Shown piece after piece: positions 38,849-52,763 of a stretch of 62,000 nucleotides of DNA (the stretch's first letter is position 1; each line of letters begins with the position of its first letter). Made by a program: the position numbers and the translations under genes. The stretch is from positions 1,548,911-1,610,910 of the forward strand of contig MU058531.1 in assembly GCA_013265495.1 (NCBI GenBank). The letters are read 5' to 3'. The DNA comes from Vicugna vicugna. Its lineage: Eukaryota. The notes under the pieces were generated by a model that was not told where the DNA came from, did not search any database, and saw only the letters and a program-made list of their open reading frames with translations.

Positions 38849-41800
38849 CTGAGAACCAGAGAGAGAAGAATTGTTTGTTTTCTCATCACTGGCTGCTGGG
38901 CCAGGAGTGACTCAGCCATGTCTCTGCCCACAAAGAACTTATGACCTGAGAGGAGAGAGGTGTGCCCTGGATAGCAGGTGAAAAGATTTGACCCAAGCCT
39001 CACTTTACATACTTCACTTCTTACTCTCCCAATGATGATGACGGGTAGGTATTGTTTCTCTCATCGCGTAAATGAGAAAACTGCAGCTGAGAGAGACCAA
39101 AGGCTCACCCAAGTCTCGCATCAAGTGGGTGGCAGAGTGGGGACTGAGACCAGGTGTGTGCTTGACCTCAGTCTAGAGCAGAGCAGGTTCAGCTCTAACA
39201 AAGGAAGAGAAGAAATTGCTTCAAGAGTACCAGGTAGGAGGAGCGGTCCCACAGAGCCCTTAGCCCAACTGAATGAAGTCATCCTAAGGTTTTGGAGGAG
39301 CTAACAGTTGCTCCATCCATGTGTACCACCAGCTTTTGTATAACTCTGTTCCTCACAGTAACCTCCAAGGAAGGCAATACAATTCCATTTTATAGTGGGG
39401 TCTTAAGAGATGTTCAGAGAAGCTAAAGAATTTGTGCTGGGTCACACAGTTAGAGGCAGAGCCAATATTTCTCTGTCTTGATGCAGTCTTTTTTTTCCCA
39501 CTGTCATCACCTTAGAAGTGAGAAGCATCTCACCAGTCAGTGTACTGCTTACAACTCTGGGAAGATCACTGAGAAAGGACCTCAGAAATTGTGCTCAGCT
39601 GAGAAGGGCTCATCTTGAGGCAGGATCTCGTAGGAAATATACGGAAGGTGGTTCTATCTCTAAAAAGGGAAAACTATTTTGTGGAGTGGGGAGGGTGATC
39701 GAAGTGAGCTTAAGGGGAATGGGTGGAAAGGGAGGGCAGACAGCAAGTCCAGGCAGCCCTTTCAAGGAGTCTGTCCCATAAAGGAAAGACAAGGAGCAGT
39801 GGTGGGGGTAGCTAGCCTACAGTAAATGATTAATGATGACAGGGTGAGGCGGGGAAAGTCACCAGAGCAGTCCCTTCCGGCAGGTGTGAGGGGATGGCTT
39901 CTGGCCTCTGCCGGGTGCGTGAGCTCTTTATTCACAGCAGCGAGAGAGAAGGCAGGGTGCACAGACAGAGATGCAGAGATCACTTCATTTCCTGCAGTGA
40001 AGTCAGAAGCCAAGTTCTAGGCTGAACAAGGAGGAAGGAGGAAGGTTGTCGGTGGAGGAACATAAAGTCTGCACTAGCTGTAGGCAGATGGGAGAGAGAA
40101 CGGAGGAGGGAAATACGATTTCCAGGCAGCACGAGGACCCACCTGCGGAGGGGAACGACCTGTGTGTGAGCAGGCTCCTGGGCTCTCCTCCACTCACAGG
40201 AATAGGAACCCGCTCCAGGCAGACAGGTGGATGTAACCAGATGTGACCGTGGTTGTGGATTCCCAAGTGAGAGAGAAAGGAGAAGGAAGCAAGAGGCAAG
40301 GGACTTAAGTCCTAATACCTTTGTAAAAAGTGAGTTTAGCTTAAACCCAGACCACATCATATGTTAATAACTGAGTCAGGCCTTTCTGGCTTTATGGTCA
40401 ATCAGCCCACTTGCAAAACAATTTCTAAATATCTAGTTATAGACAGAAAATTGCTAGGATTTGTACAAATAGTTCACAGTTTATCTCGCACTGCCTATAC
40501 AAACCCAGCAATGAAAGTTATCTGACAGTTCGTGGCCATCCAAGGCCTTGAGAATGGGATAAAATAAAATCATTTAATATGAAAATAGCAGCTGATTTTC
40601 CTTTAATAAATCAAATAGTACCTCAGAAAAAATTAAAATTTAAATTAAAAAAAGATTAAAAAGGCTGGTGAGAATGGGCCAGGAGACTGGGACAGACAGA
40701 TCTGTTACATCACTGCAGAGCGCAGTCTTTCCGGCTATTGTCATGGCCCCAAACAGGGCCTGGGCCAAAGTCAGGCTACCCAAAGTCAGAAGTGATCACC
40801 AAGCCCATTGTAGACTGAGTGAAAAGTAGACAGTCAAGTTCTGGATTCAAAAAACCCCAGCAAGAGCCACCAAAGGACAATCCAAGATAGCAGCCAACAG
40901 GAAGGTCACAGAGAGGGAGGGAGACCGACAGAGCGAGGCTTGTCTGACTCACCCAGGGCCCGGCACAGAGCAGGCGACAATTTGTAGCACAGTGGGGTCC
41001 CTTCACATCCCAAGCCAGCTAAACGCACTTGGGAGAGTGGAGATGGAGACAGAGAAAAGGAGGATGAAAGAAGAAGAGAGAGAACCCTTCAATGGTGCCA
41101 TTGGCTCCATCAGTCATTGTACTCCTGGAACACATGCCCCTAGTTATGAATAGAGGTGGCAGGTCGGCTGTCCCTCCGGAGACCAGGTCCCCTCCCTCTT
41201 AGAGGGAGCCTCAGATGACACTGAGTGGTTGCTGTGTTTAAAGGTAGGTGTTTTCCTGCATTATGAGCTCCATAATGCTTATAATGTGATGTACCCAAAT
41301 ACCAGAAAATAAGACCTCTGAGGCAGTCTGAGTGAAATTCTGCAAAGGGCTACTTTCCTAATGCAGAGTCTTGGGGAATTTTAGCCATGTAAGCTTTTAA
41401 TCTTCTGTACTGACTTTGGAATTACCCCCCGGTGGATGAGACCCCGCTGTCAATGGAGGCATGGTATGGTGAGGCATGTCACTGTACCCAGGGCCTGCGG
41501 TCTGAAAGGAACTGATATTTAGTTCATGAAAAGTGGTTTTGTTTTCAAAATAAAAAGAGCTAAATTCCTTAGTGGTACCACTAATGGTGTGGCAGGATAG
41601 CTGCCCTGGGAAATGTCTCACAGAGGTTCTCCAGGAAAGAAAGAAAAGCATTTTTCCCCTATTGCCGTCTCCAGTCTCCCTTTACTCCGGGAGATCTGAG
41701 GTTCTCCACGGGAGAGCTTGGGGCTTTTGTTTTCTAAAGCCCAGCTCTACTGAGATACAGACCAGGCTGAAACAAGATGGTGGCAGACTCTTGAGGGAAA

Positions 41801-43344
41801 GGCAAGGAAAGTTCCTGGAGAAAGAGAATGGTAGAAAGAGGAGTGGGCAGTATCTGAAAGGCAGGGTTGTATACCCTGTTCCCACGTAGGGTCCCAAAGA
41901 GGCCTGACCTTGGATGGGAGGTGACAGCCAGATCGCTCTGGAGGCTGAACACTAAGCACCTTGGCCTTAAGCTGTGGATAGGGCCCCTGTGGTCAGTGGA
42001 AGGCTGAAGATTTGCAAGGTGGAGTAAGACCAGAACAGTTGGCAGTCCATTCCAAGAAGTCAGCATGGGCAAATGAAGATCATGGGACCAGACAGCAGCA
42101 TTGGGAAGCAAACAGTGCAGCAATGGAACCATCATGGGTTACAGCCCAGTGCCTCCCACATTTTCCCAGAACTAGGAATCTTGTACAATCCAATGGACAG
42201 GATCGGGGGGAGCCCCACTAGTGACTGATGCTGGATTTCTCCTCTACCTGAGGCGTGGGGAGATCTGTTTGACTGTTTATCCATTCATCTATTGAAGGGC
42301 ATCTTGGTTGCTTCCAATTTGAGGCAGTAATAAATAGGGCTGCTGTAAATGTTTGCATGTGTGTCTTCAACAAGTTTTCAACTCATTTTGGTAAATACCT
42401 AAGAACACGATTGCTGGGTCGTATGGCAAACACTGTGTTTAGATTTGGTAAGCCTGGTATTTAGAAAGATATTTCTAGCCAGCATTATCTCATAAAACAG
42501 CAGAGAAGAAAAGTTATGAGATGACTTCCCACAGGGTACAGCTAAAAAACAGGCCTGCTTTTTATTTGCATTAAACAAAACGTTTAGCTTCAGAGTGCAA
42601 ACCCAAGTTCTAGTCTATTAGGACTTAGTGAATAATATGCCATACAATGGCCCCCATGATTTCATTTTGGCCTTTTTCAATTTGGCTGCCAAGCCCGACT
42701 ATCTGAAAAAATCCTGACCCACAAGAGTTGCACATTCTAGTGGGAGAGACAATGAAAAACTATTCAGCTAAAACCCATTCGGGTGGAAGTACCAGAGAGG
42801 AAAAATCCACAAATAAGCAGGCAAGAAAACGAATGTTTCCCCATTAACTTACATGGTGAATCTGTTTGTGCAGCCAAACGAGGATTTAGGGGAGTAGGCG
42901 GGTAGGGAGGGTGGGTAACTCAGAGACAATTTGCTTCAAAAAGATACCACTGGGAGCTTTCTTGAAATATTTTCCAAGATATTCAAGCAGACCTATGGCA
43001 GGTAGTAGTTAAGGGGAAAGATTCATGTTTGGGGCAAAGAAAAACTTTAAATCACAGAAACAGAAAACAAGATGTCTTGACACATTCTCCCTCCAATGTC
43101 AGCTGCCTTTCTCAGTACCTTTATGTCACAGCCTCTTCAGTCGGGTACATCGCTCTCCAAAGAAACTGGAAGAGTCTTACCTTTTCTTCCTGCCCCTCCC
43201 ATTTTTACTTTGCACTTGTAAGTGCTCAAGAAGAGCTCACTGTGTTGATAGAGGGAGCTTTCACCAATACACACGGAAAAAGAGAACTCCAGTTCTACCC
43301 TCAAAGTTCAACTACCACAAAAGCCAAACAAAACCAGAAATTAC

Positions 43345-43680
43345 CTCCTCTTGGTAATTTAGTGTTTTTAAGTGGTGTTGGAAAGAAACCAGCATATACA
43401 TTTTCAGAGCTCTGTAATCATTAACTATTCTCCACCATCCTGGAAAATGTGAATTTGGATACGCTCCAAGCACCTTAGCCAGCACCTCCCAACCAGAGCT
43501 CCCAGCCTTCTGACAGGGCCAGAATCCCAGAGACAAAGCCTTATTTATCAGCATAAACTGTCTTGCTTCTGAAGCTGGAATCCCCAGAACCAAGCTAATG
43601 AGAAGACTCAGTGCCAGGATGTCATACTGAGTTAGGAAGGCCAACCCATGAACAGTCCATTTCTCTGTGCTCAGCCCAGA
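43345..43680 (-). pseudogene. Exon remnant F (336 nt, 112 open codons): GREB1 second N-terminal domain, copy 2
   Basis: Acceptor ttgccctgtgtctcctccag|, donor GAG|GTAATT, phase 0-0. (ALE)SGLSTEKWTVHGLAFLTQYDILALS ~ [45 protein letters not shown] ~ VPLREEFEQIMLKAM. HFPGWWRIV ~ QLPWLARLI. Confidence 0.75.
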
Positions 43681-44370
43681 CTGGAGGAGACACAGGGCAA
43701 ACATACGCAGAGGCTTCTGAAAGGCTACAACACTTGACGCTTGAACACCAAGACAATCACTGTCTTCGTCTGGGAGTGTGGGAAAGGGCGCAGAACATGG
43801 CATGCTTTCTGAACGGATGGGCAAGGCCTTGTGTGGAGAAGCAGAGGCTGCCAGCTGCAGGCCTGGGCAGCGCCGTGCTCCCCAGCTCCCAAGCACGACA
43901 GTCCAGGGTCTCTGCTCGATGAGCCTGGAGGTGAGACCCAACCTCTTTTCTATTCCCAACTCTACCAAAGGCCTCATCGAGGGCCCAAAGTTTAGGAGAA
44001 GCATCCTCGGCATAGCAACAGGTATGCCTTAGTTTCAGGAGGATAATGAACCCCTCTGAAAGCCCCAAGAGGAGGTAACCCGTCTGGAATTACCTTTGCA
44101 TGTTCCCTGACTCTGAAACATCCTCATATTCTTCCTTCTCGTGTACGTTTTCTCTTCATCTTGGGGTGACTTAGTAAGCCAAGCACAGAAGAGGGCTTCA
44201 ATTTGTGTTAATTACAGCAAGTGAGCACTGAAATTTACCAAGCTCTGTGCCTTGCGTGTGCTAAGTGCTTATCATCCATCACCTCAATCCTCACAAAAAC
44301 TCTATAATTTAGGAACATCATGGACCCCATTTTAGTGATGGGAAAACAGAGGCTTAGAGAAACTAGGCTC

Positions 44371-44545
44371 GTAGTTCTCAGAGTGTGGTCGCTGGCCCAG
44401 CAGCGTTAACATCACCTGGGAACTTGTAAGAAGAGAACATTCTCAGGCCCCATCCCAGATCTACTGAGTCAGAAGCCCTCGGGGCGGGGCCAGCAAGGAA
44501 TTGCAACAAGCCCTGAGGGTGATTCCCATGCACACCAACAGGTGG
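44371..44545. mobile_element. MER5A-like DNA transposon (similar copies at ~19610, 24000, 46305, 51938, 61550)
   Basis: atcacctgggaacttgtaaga...attctcaggccccatcccagatctactgagtcagaa. Confidence 0.8.
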
Positions 44546-46944
44546 AGGCCCCCTCAACCAGGCGACCTACCCCAAACCACGCAGCCTGCAGGATCCAAAT
44601 TCCAGCAGTTTGGCCCCAGAGCCCTGCTGCTCACCTCCGTGCTATGAATTTACCTGGACGTGGATATGAAGAGCGCCTCCCCTACCTACAATCACAAACT
44701 CCAAATTTAGAGAATCAGCATTTGTTACTATATGGTTGGCCACTGAAAATGCCTGGTCAGATTCATAAGGGGCAGGAAAGGGGACAAGCAACCTGCCTTT
44801 TCTACATTAAGGTTTTAGCTTCTCTGTGACTTCATGGGGCACTGTCACATTCCTGAAAGGAATGAGGATTTACTCTCTAAACGCCCTGCCCCACCCCAGT
44901 CACAAGGGTGCTCCCAGAGGCTACGCCCTGGCTTACGGGATCTTCATTGCCACCCAGGAGAGCAGACAGAGCGACGCAGAGGAATGAAGTGATGACTAGT
45001 TGATATTTAAAAACTAAAAAATTAAAAGCCTCTGTATTAACTTCCTAGGGCTGCCATAACGAAGTGCCACAGGCCAGGGGGCTTTGGCACAAGTCAAGGA
45101 ACATCGAGGCTCCAGGAAGCTCTGAAGAGGCAGGGAAAGATCCTTCTCCTACAGGTTTCAGAGGGAGCGCGACCTTGCCAACACTTTGCAGACTTCCAGC
45201 CTCCAGAACTGTGGAACAATAAGTTTCCTGTGTTCTAAGCCTGCTACAGCCTTCCCCCATCATGGTGTTTACTCGCCGGGAATGTGCCTGAGGACTGCAG
45301 GGCATTTGTTCATCTCTGCTCTGTGGCCACAATTGGTCACGGCCACAGCAGGGGTCTCAGCAGCTCTCCAGGACCCCCTGGAAGGAACTGCCCACTGCTT
45401 ACAACCTGGTGGTATGGCTCCACGTAAACAGGATCTGAATTCTCAACCCGGAGCTTGGCAATGCAAGACAAGTGCTATTTGAATTGGAGTGACTTTCCTG
45501 TTTTTCACTAAGAAACTCGGGCTCCAGTGCCAAAAAGTTGGTCGACCAAGTCCCAGTCAGGTATAACAGAGCACAAACCATAGTCACAGGCAACTCTCAA
45601 CTGTGACGCCGCCCCTCAAACCACAGAGGTTTTACCCCAGAAAAGAAGCGGGTTTCACACTGTAAGATGGTGGGGAAGGTCTGAAGACATGCAACAGGCC
45701 GCCCCCGTTGGAACCTGGTGGCGGCTCTGCTGATGCCCAGCTGTCTGTCAAATGCTAGTCTAGGTTTTGCAGTGATGCTACTTTCCAGGTGTGATGAACA
45801 TTTACAATCAGTTGACTTTAAGTAAAGCAGACTATCCTCATTAATGCAGGAGAGATTCATCCAATCAACTGAAGGCCTTAAAAGCCAAAACTATAGTTTT
45901 CCGGGGAGAAGGAGGGATTCTGATGCAAGAAATCCTACCAGAGTTTCCAGCCTGCTGGCCTGCTCTACAGATTTCAGGCTCAAGAGTTCAGTTCAATATC
46001 AGCTCCTATAAGCTTCCAGCTTGCTAGCCGAAATTCTGTCTCTCCCTCTCTCTGCCCCTTCCCCTGACGGATAACAGTCCTTACCAACTGGACCACTAAT
46101 TGGTGGCCTGATGACATTTCCCTCACATTGACCAACTACCCCAGGTGGGGCCCTGGGCCAGACGAAGAGAGGGCAGCAGACTGTGCCATATGGTACCCAG
46201 GGGCATGTGTTTTAGAGCGAATCCCTCCTCCTTCCATAGGCTCCTGTCTCTCTCCTAAAGACTCAGGTAGCCTCAGAGAATTCACTGAGGTTGACATAGA
46301 CCCTCACTATTCACAGTGTGCCCCACAGATCAGCTCTAGGGGTATCACCTGGGAGCTTATTAGAAATACAAACGCTTAGGTCCCACCGCAGACTAACTGA
46401 ATCAAACCTTCATTTTAATAAGATTCCTTGGTCATTCAAATATGAGTAAATTTCAAGAGGCACTGTGATGGTCACAGTTTGAAATTCCAGGATGAACACT
46501 GGACCAGGTGTTAAGAGATATGAGTAGACTTCCTGATTGGACTCTAGCCTGCTCTGAGCACTTAGACAAAACTCAGAAGGATTCAGACATGCTCAGAACT
46601 AATTAGAATAGGTTACAGTTGGTGGTATTTCACTATGTGCCAGGCACTGAACCAGGCCCCTTGCATGTGTGAGCTCTCCCAACCCTCCCTTCAAACCTCC
46701 GAGAAAGGTACTATCACTATGTCCATTTTACAGATGGCAAAACTGAAATACAGGGATGCTAAGCAGCTTGTCCAAGGTCACACAAAAAGTTAATAGTTGA
46801 GTCAGGTTTAAACTCAGAAAGCCTGGCTCCATAGCCATATACTGCCTCTCAGATTCAAAGCAAAGGGTCTTCACGGTGTCCTATCAGGTGGATAAGAGAA
46901 GTTCCGGTCTGGGACTAATTTTTGCTGACTTCAGGGTTTGAGGT

Positions 46945-47125
46945 TAGCATCATAGCAGATACACACTACTATATATAAAACAGATAAACAGCAAGGTCCT
47001 ATGGTATAGCACAGGGAATGATATTCAATAGCTTGTAATAACCTATAATGAAAAAGAATATATATGTATAACTAAAGTTAACACAACATTGTAAATCAAC
47101 TATACTTCAGTAAGAATTAAGTAAA
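46945..47125 (+). mobile_element. L1 3' tail (cetartiodactyl-type; similar at ~34105 minus and ~53810 plus)
   Basis: cagatacacactactatatataaaacagataaacagcaaggtcctatggtatagcacagggaa. Confidence 0.8.
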
Positions 47126-47599
47126 GAAAAATACATTTTAAAATGAGGCAACTTTTGTAATGGTCTTTGAGTGACAGGTAGGAGTTCAGTAGGAGTTACA
47201 TACTGGGTGACTTCCATGGGTAAGAAGGCTGTTCCCGTAACCCAGATGGAGTTTCCATGCAGCCAGGAACTGTTTCCATGCTATTCCTCTGCGTAGAACA
47301 TCCCATTAACACCTTACCCCCTTTTACCTGATAACCTGGTTTTACCTGTTGAGTATCAGCCTTCAGATCTCAGCCCCTCAAAACCCCCAAAACAGGTCAG
47401 GCTTCCTATTAAAACTCTCCTAATACCAACTGCTTTTCCTTCATAACACACCAGCTTATAAATAAGAGTTTACTATGTCTGTGCCAGAAACTGACACATT
47501 GTAAACTGATTATATTTCAATTAAAAATAAAAGAGTTAATGTGAGAGAGTGTCTGATTAATGTGGGATTCTCCAGCTGGACTGTGAGCTTCTGTATCTA

Positions 47600-48700
47600 G
47601 TCCTTTTTCTTTTTCAGGGTGTACCACATGATGATTTGATATATGTATACACTGTGAGATGACTACCACACGAAGCTACTTAGCACACCCATCACCTCGC
47701 ATAGTTACCATACTTTTGTGTGAGATAAGATACCCAGTAGTGGGATTAGTGGGTTGTAGAGTAGTTCTATTTTTAATGTTTTGAGGAGTCTCCGTATTGT
47801 TTTCCATAGTGCCTGCACCAGTTTACATTCTAACAGTGCACAAAAGTTTCTTCTTCCTCACACCCTCACCAACACTTGCCTCTTGTCTTTATGACAGTAG
47901 CCATCCTGACAGGTGTGAAGTGATATCACATTGTGATTTTGATTGCATTTCCCTGATGATTAATGATGTTGAACACCTATCATGTACCTATTAGGCCATT
48001 TGTATGTCTTCTTTGGGAAATTGTCTATTCAGGTCCTTTGCCCATTTTTCAATTGGGTTATTTGTGGTTTGTGGTTTTTTGTTTGGTTTTTGTTTTTGTT
48101 TTTGTTTGCTATTGAGGTGTATGAACTCTGTATATATTTTGGATATTAAACTCTTAATCAGATACATGCTTTGCAAATATTTTCTCCCATTCTAGAGGTT
48201 GCCTTTTCATTTTGTTGTTTCTTTTGCTATTCAGAAGCTTTTTACCTTGATGTAGTCCCATTTGTATATTTTTGCTTTAGTTGCCTGTCTCTTTGGTGTC
48301 ATATCTAAATCATTTCCAAGACCAGTGTCAAGGAGATTTTTTTCCTCTGCTCTCGTCTAGGAGTTTTATGGTTTCAGGTCTTTAATTTAAGTCTTTAATC
48401 CATTTCGAGTTAATTTTTAAGTATGGTATAAGACAGGGTCCAATTTCATTCTTTTGCATGTAAATATCCAATTTTCCCAACACCGTTTATTGAAGAGACT
48501 ATCCTTTTTGCATTGTGCACCCTTGGCGCACTTGTCAAAGATTAGTTGACCATATGGATGGTAACTAAACTTCACAGTATACACAAATATTAAATTATTA
48601 TGTTGCACACTGGAGACTAATCTAATGTTATATGTCAGTTTTATCTCAACAAAAAATATTAGTTGACCTTATATGTGTGGATTTACTTCTGGGCTCTCTC
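47600..48700 (-). mobile_element. L1 ORF2/3' fragment
   Basis: Minus-strand ORFs read YGQLIFDK...[18 protein letters not shown] and [23 protein letters not shown] (L1 ORF2 C-terminus). Confidence 0.9.
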
Positions 48701-49040
48701 TTGGACTGTACCTGTTTCTTTTTACTGGTGAATCTCTAGAATCTAGCCCAGTGCCTGACACACAGCCCTCAGTAACAGATGCACAGCAGAGAATCCTCTG
48801 CGGCTCTCAGTCACCACCATTCATCTCCTCCCCCTGCACAGAAGGTGGAGAATGGGCTGCAACCCAAAGCAGGAAACCGCCCTCCCCTCCATTAATACAT
48901 GACAAGCAAGAAGGCTGCCAAGCCTGCATACTTTGGGTTTATCCATTTCAACTCATTCCTTCTTTGGAGCCACAATGAGCAAAGACAAATAACTGCTTAT
49001 AATTCTAATGGCTGCTACTCGTACAAGGTTGCACTGTTAC

Positions 49041-50110
49041 CTCCAAAGCATAGAAGATAAATCATGTGTTTAAATTGAACATGGGGAACACGGTCCAGCA
49101 ACACTCTGGCTTCCCCCAAATTCCAGATCAAAAAGGAATAAAACAAAGTTGAACCGTTCTATATTTAAGGTGCTGCGAAGTTAGTTCTAACACCAGTAAG
49201 GTTGACCTACAGGGGCAAGTTCTGCAGAATTATATAAGAGATTCGACAAGTTCTTGCAATTAAATTCTCTTTTCAGTATGAAAACCTTCTTTCAGAAGCT
49301 GGCGCAGTTTTGAACTCCACTGCAGTTCAGAGCCCTTCGTGTGGTCCACTCGGGAACCTATTGCAAAACCTTCATCCCAGACTACTTGGCTTCGATGGTG
49401 TTTAAATAAAGGCATCTCTTTTCCAAATCAGGTTGCCATTTATCAAAGCTCCAATTCTTCTCCTTACGGTCCAGTTCCATGTTCATTTGCTTGTTTACCA
49501 AGTCTCAGTTAGTCCTTTAAACCCCAAACATAAATATGTCTCCAACTTTGATTTAGGGCCACGGATTTTTTTAAGAGCAAGTCAGACTGCAGAATGTTGT
49601 TCTTTTTTGTAGAAAGGCCTTATCGGATCTCATCACACACATACTGATTTTGTGAAAATAAACTCACTTGAAAACCATCAAGAAGCCCAACTTTTGGGAC
49701 CAGTGACAGTGAAAACAAATCATAAATGTAGCTGTGAGGTCTACTGGCAGAGGTTTCTCTTACTCTCCAAATACAGCAAAGAATCTGCTAAGAGACATTT
49801 GATTCTCCTATAATTCCGAATTGCCCAAAGCAAATATAATTTGAAGCAGAGATATCCAATAGCCCAGCGCAGTCATGTGGGTTGAAATAATTGATTTCAA
49901 AAGGAAAGATTTCTCTGGACAAAGGAATGATCGTGTTTACAGCTGCCCTTTGAGACATCTGAGTTTTGCTTGCTTCTTTGTTCGCAAGAAGACATAAATT
50001 TTAAGAAATGAGGGGAGGAATTTCTTCAATGCTGATTGTCAGTTTCCCTGCTAAGCCATCTAAAGAGACATGATTCACTTCTGCCACGGCTCAATCTTCT
50101 GTTTTCTAGC
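49041..50110 (-). pseudogene. Exon remnant E (~1.07 kb): copies 3 and 4 of the first N-terminal domain plus start of second-domain copy 2
   Basis: Acceptor tctgtcttccttaatgcattag|, donor GAG|GTAACA. GQFGIIGESNVS*QILCC ~ [28 protein letters not shown] ~ KNALLGF. KD*LRL (49500-49517) ~ KDLRLV. RRALNCSGVQNCASF*KKVFILKREF ~ [33 protein letters not shown] ~ LPYFYGNVG. Confidence 0.75.
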
Positions 50111-50674
50111 CTAATGCATTAAGGAAGACAGAAAGGTCGACTTTTCTCTGCTGGACATTGGCTAAATATTGATTACTGAGGGTCAGGAGCTGAGATAAGC
50201 GATACACCTTTCACTTTCACAACGGCCTAAGAAGGCAAGTACATATATCGGCTTCATTTTATAGATGAGGAAAATGGGGCTCAAAAGGGAAAATGGCTTA
50301 CCCATTATTTCACACAGCTTGTAAAGACAGGCTTGCACTTAGATACTAATCTATCTGACTTCTGCCCTCAGCTGGTTTGCCTCGCCAACTCTGCGTTGCT
50401 TCCCGCTGGCCTCGGGTGTGTGCCTTGGGTCTGCCCCCAGGGTACTTTTCCTTCCCCACAACCCCCCACTCCTCTTCCTTCATCCAGGCTTGTCCCCTAG
50501 TCTCCACCCTCTCAGGACTGGCCGTGGCTGACCCCCGAGCAGATTACAAGCCCTGCATCCCTTGTTCCCTGTTTATCTCCAGAGCCTACACAGCACATCA
50601 AGGCTCCGGAAAACTGGGGGCACGTGACGGATGATTATTGGGGCTTTGAGTCCCCTCTTCTAAAGGGTCATTCA

Positions 50675-50755
50675 TCTCATCTAGGAAAAATCCTCATGTT
50701 GAAGCCCTTTTGATTCCATCATCCAGATCACAGATAAAAATATTCAGCCGAACCC
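50675..50755 (-). mobile_element. L3/CR1 LINE reverse-transcriptase remnant
   Basis: LNIFICDLDDGIKRAST*GFFLDE ~ CR1 LFNIFINDLDDGIESTLSKFADD. Confidence 0.6.
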
Positions 50756-51232
50756 ACAGTCTCTTTTCCTCCCACCCCAAGACAGACCATTTCCACCGGT
50801 GCAGGAAGATGGACCAAGGAAAGAAGAGAGGGGAGAGAGGAGAAGAGAGACAGTGCGGGTGGGAGTCGTGGGGGGGCTGGGTTCTGCCCCTACCCCACAG
50901 CAAACCCCTTCCCCACCCCTGCTATGTTGTATGAAGTCCCAGAAAAAGGAAAGAAACTTGAATTGGAAAAGAAAAAAGCCATGAGGACTCTCTCAAAACT
51001 ACAGTTATTAACAACTTCTTACTCACTATTCATTTTTATTGCGTTTTGGTTTTCTTTATCCTTTACTCAGGACCAGGGCACAGGAAAACCAGATCGACCA
51101 GCTGAGTCCTATCTGAGAGGCCAAAGGAAAGCTGACCTGTGACTGTTGTATATTAATAAGGCCCACTCTCTACTAAAGAAATAGATGAACAAATTGACCT
51201 TTCTGGGTTCTAGAGTAAAGTACAAAAAACCC

Positions 51233-51269
51233 CAATGAGCAGTTACATGCAATGAGCAGTTACATGCAA
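51233..51269. repeat. 17-bp perfect tandem duplication (caatgagcagttacatg x2)
   Basis: Directly visible. Confidence 0.9.
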
Positions 51270-52125
51270 CTCCCCAGCCTGGAAAACCCTTTGGATTGAT
51301 ATCGCCGAGAAACACTGTGGCTCAGTGAAGACAGCAGTGGACTTGTGACACGCTGTGTGGCTTTGGGAGAATGCTCCCCCTTCTCTAAACTTCAGTTCCC
51401 TTGGACACCCTGTCTCCTCCACCATGAGGAAATACTCAAATACAAACCGTATGCAGGTTTTCTAAACTGAGCTTACTCAAATCCAACTCATCACAAGAAG
51501 TTTGAGAGGTGACTTTGAGTGAAAGATAAAATTAATAGTACATCATTATTATGACACCAGATGAGAAGCAGCTGACGTCATAGGTGAGCTCTTCAGAGGC
51601 CAGATGAGGCATTTCAAAGGTTCAGCCCAGCACTTCGGAGTCCAGATCCTCTGTGCTCCTGGCTGACTGCAGGTTATTAAATCAGTTCTGGCCTCCACCG
51701 TCTCGGTTCTCCACTCTTGCACTTTGCAGCTGCTCCTGGTGGCTGTATCCAGCATGCCTGGGAGGCCTCTCCCTCCCCGAGGAAAACGGAGACTGGGACA
51801 ATTGGAAGTGCCTCTCTGCTGGGCCCTGCCTTCCTAGGAGAGCAAACCAGGGTTCCCTTGACGCTCTGGTCTTTCTCTCTTACTCTTTAGTCACCCACCC
51901 GTAGGGCACCTTAACAACCTTTGCAGCCCTGTAGACCAGTGGTTCCCAACCCTGGCCGCCCCTGAGAATCATTTGGAGAGCTTAAAAAATGCTGGTGCTG
52001 GGGCCTCCGCCTCACTGATGTGAATCTCTGTTGGAAAGGCCTGGCCAACTGTGTTCGTAAAGCACAGAAGAGGGCTGCAATTCATGTTAATTACAGCTCT
52101 CTCTACTCAAGAAGCCATTCCCAAC

Positions 52126-52763
52126 TGAGATAGGAGGGGAGGGGGCAGGGCACAGCCACTGAAAGAATGACACAGCAGTTAGCACCAAGATGGGAAGATT
52201 CAACTCCTGGTAGGTTTTGAGCTTCATTATAGGCTCTTTGTAATACACTAGCATGCTAAATGACACTCCCACAGGGGTCAGGACAGTTCCAAGGTGGGCC
52301 ATAAAAGGTCAAAAAGTGGGCTGTGGCCCAGTTCCTGGAAATCCTAGCCCCTTCCCCAAGTAATTGGAATAATCCTCCCACTTGTTAGCATATGAAGTTA
52401 GCATATGATGTTACTAAGCCCATGAAAACTAGAACCACCACACCCCGTGGCGGATCTCACTTTCCTAAATGACCCTGTGCTCTGGGGGCACCTCTCGCCT
52501 GTCCAGACGGCCTGCATTCTGCCTGTGGAATGTGTATCTCCTAGGCCTCCGTCGCTCTCTTGCCTTTAAGATGGTCGGCACTCTGTCTACCGAGTATGTA
52601 TTTTTCGAATAAATCTACCTTCACTCTACTATGGCTCACTCTTGAATTCTTTCCTGCACGAAGCCAAGGACCCTCATTTGATGAGGCACGAACCAGGGAC
52701 CCACCCGACGCCTGGAGCACAGCCATCTTCTCTTGCCCCATTTCTCTCGCGCGAGTTGTATCA
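52126..52763 (+). mobile_element. ERV1-like solo LTR
   Basis: TGA...TCA ends; AATAAA at 52608 followed by cttgaattctttcctgcacgaagccaagga, typical R/U5 text. Confidence 0.75.

Noticed and set aside
43405..43440. WRIVNDYRALK resembles the Ty3/Gypsy RT motif WRxxxDYRxLN
   Set aside because: No downstream RT motifs (LPxG, YxDD). The whole exon aligns better to the GREB1 second N-terminal domain.
43971..44021. Possible 51-nt plus-strand micro-exon (ag|GCCTC...ACAG|gtatgc)
   Set aside because: No partner exons or recognisable product; such sites occur by chance.
49041..49400. LTSQHLK / FIP / FNL resembling a Mab21/cGAS-like C-terminus; YALE resembling OAS
   Set aside because: Short scattered matches with wrong spacing. 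The GREB1 N-terminal alignment explains the segment better.
49278..49420. Plus-strand MKTFFQ start resembling C14orf28
   Set aside because: Similarity does not extend and the frame has early stops.
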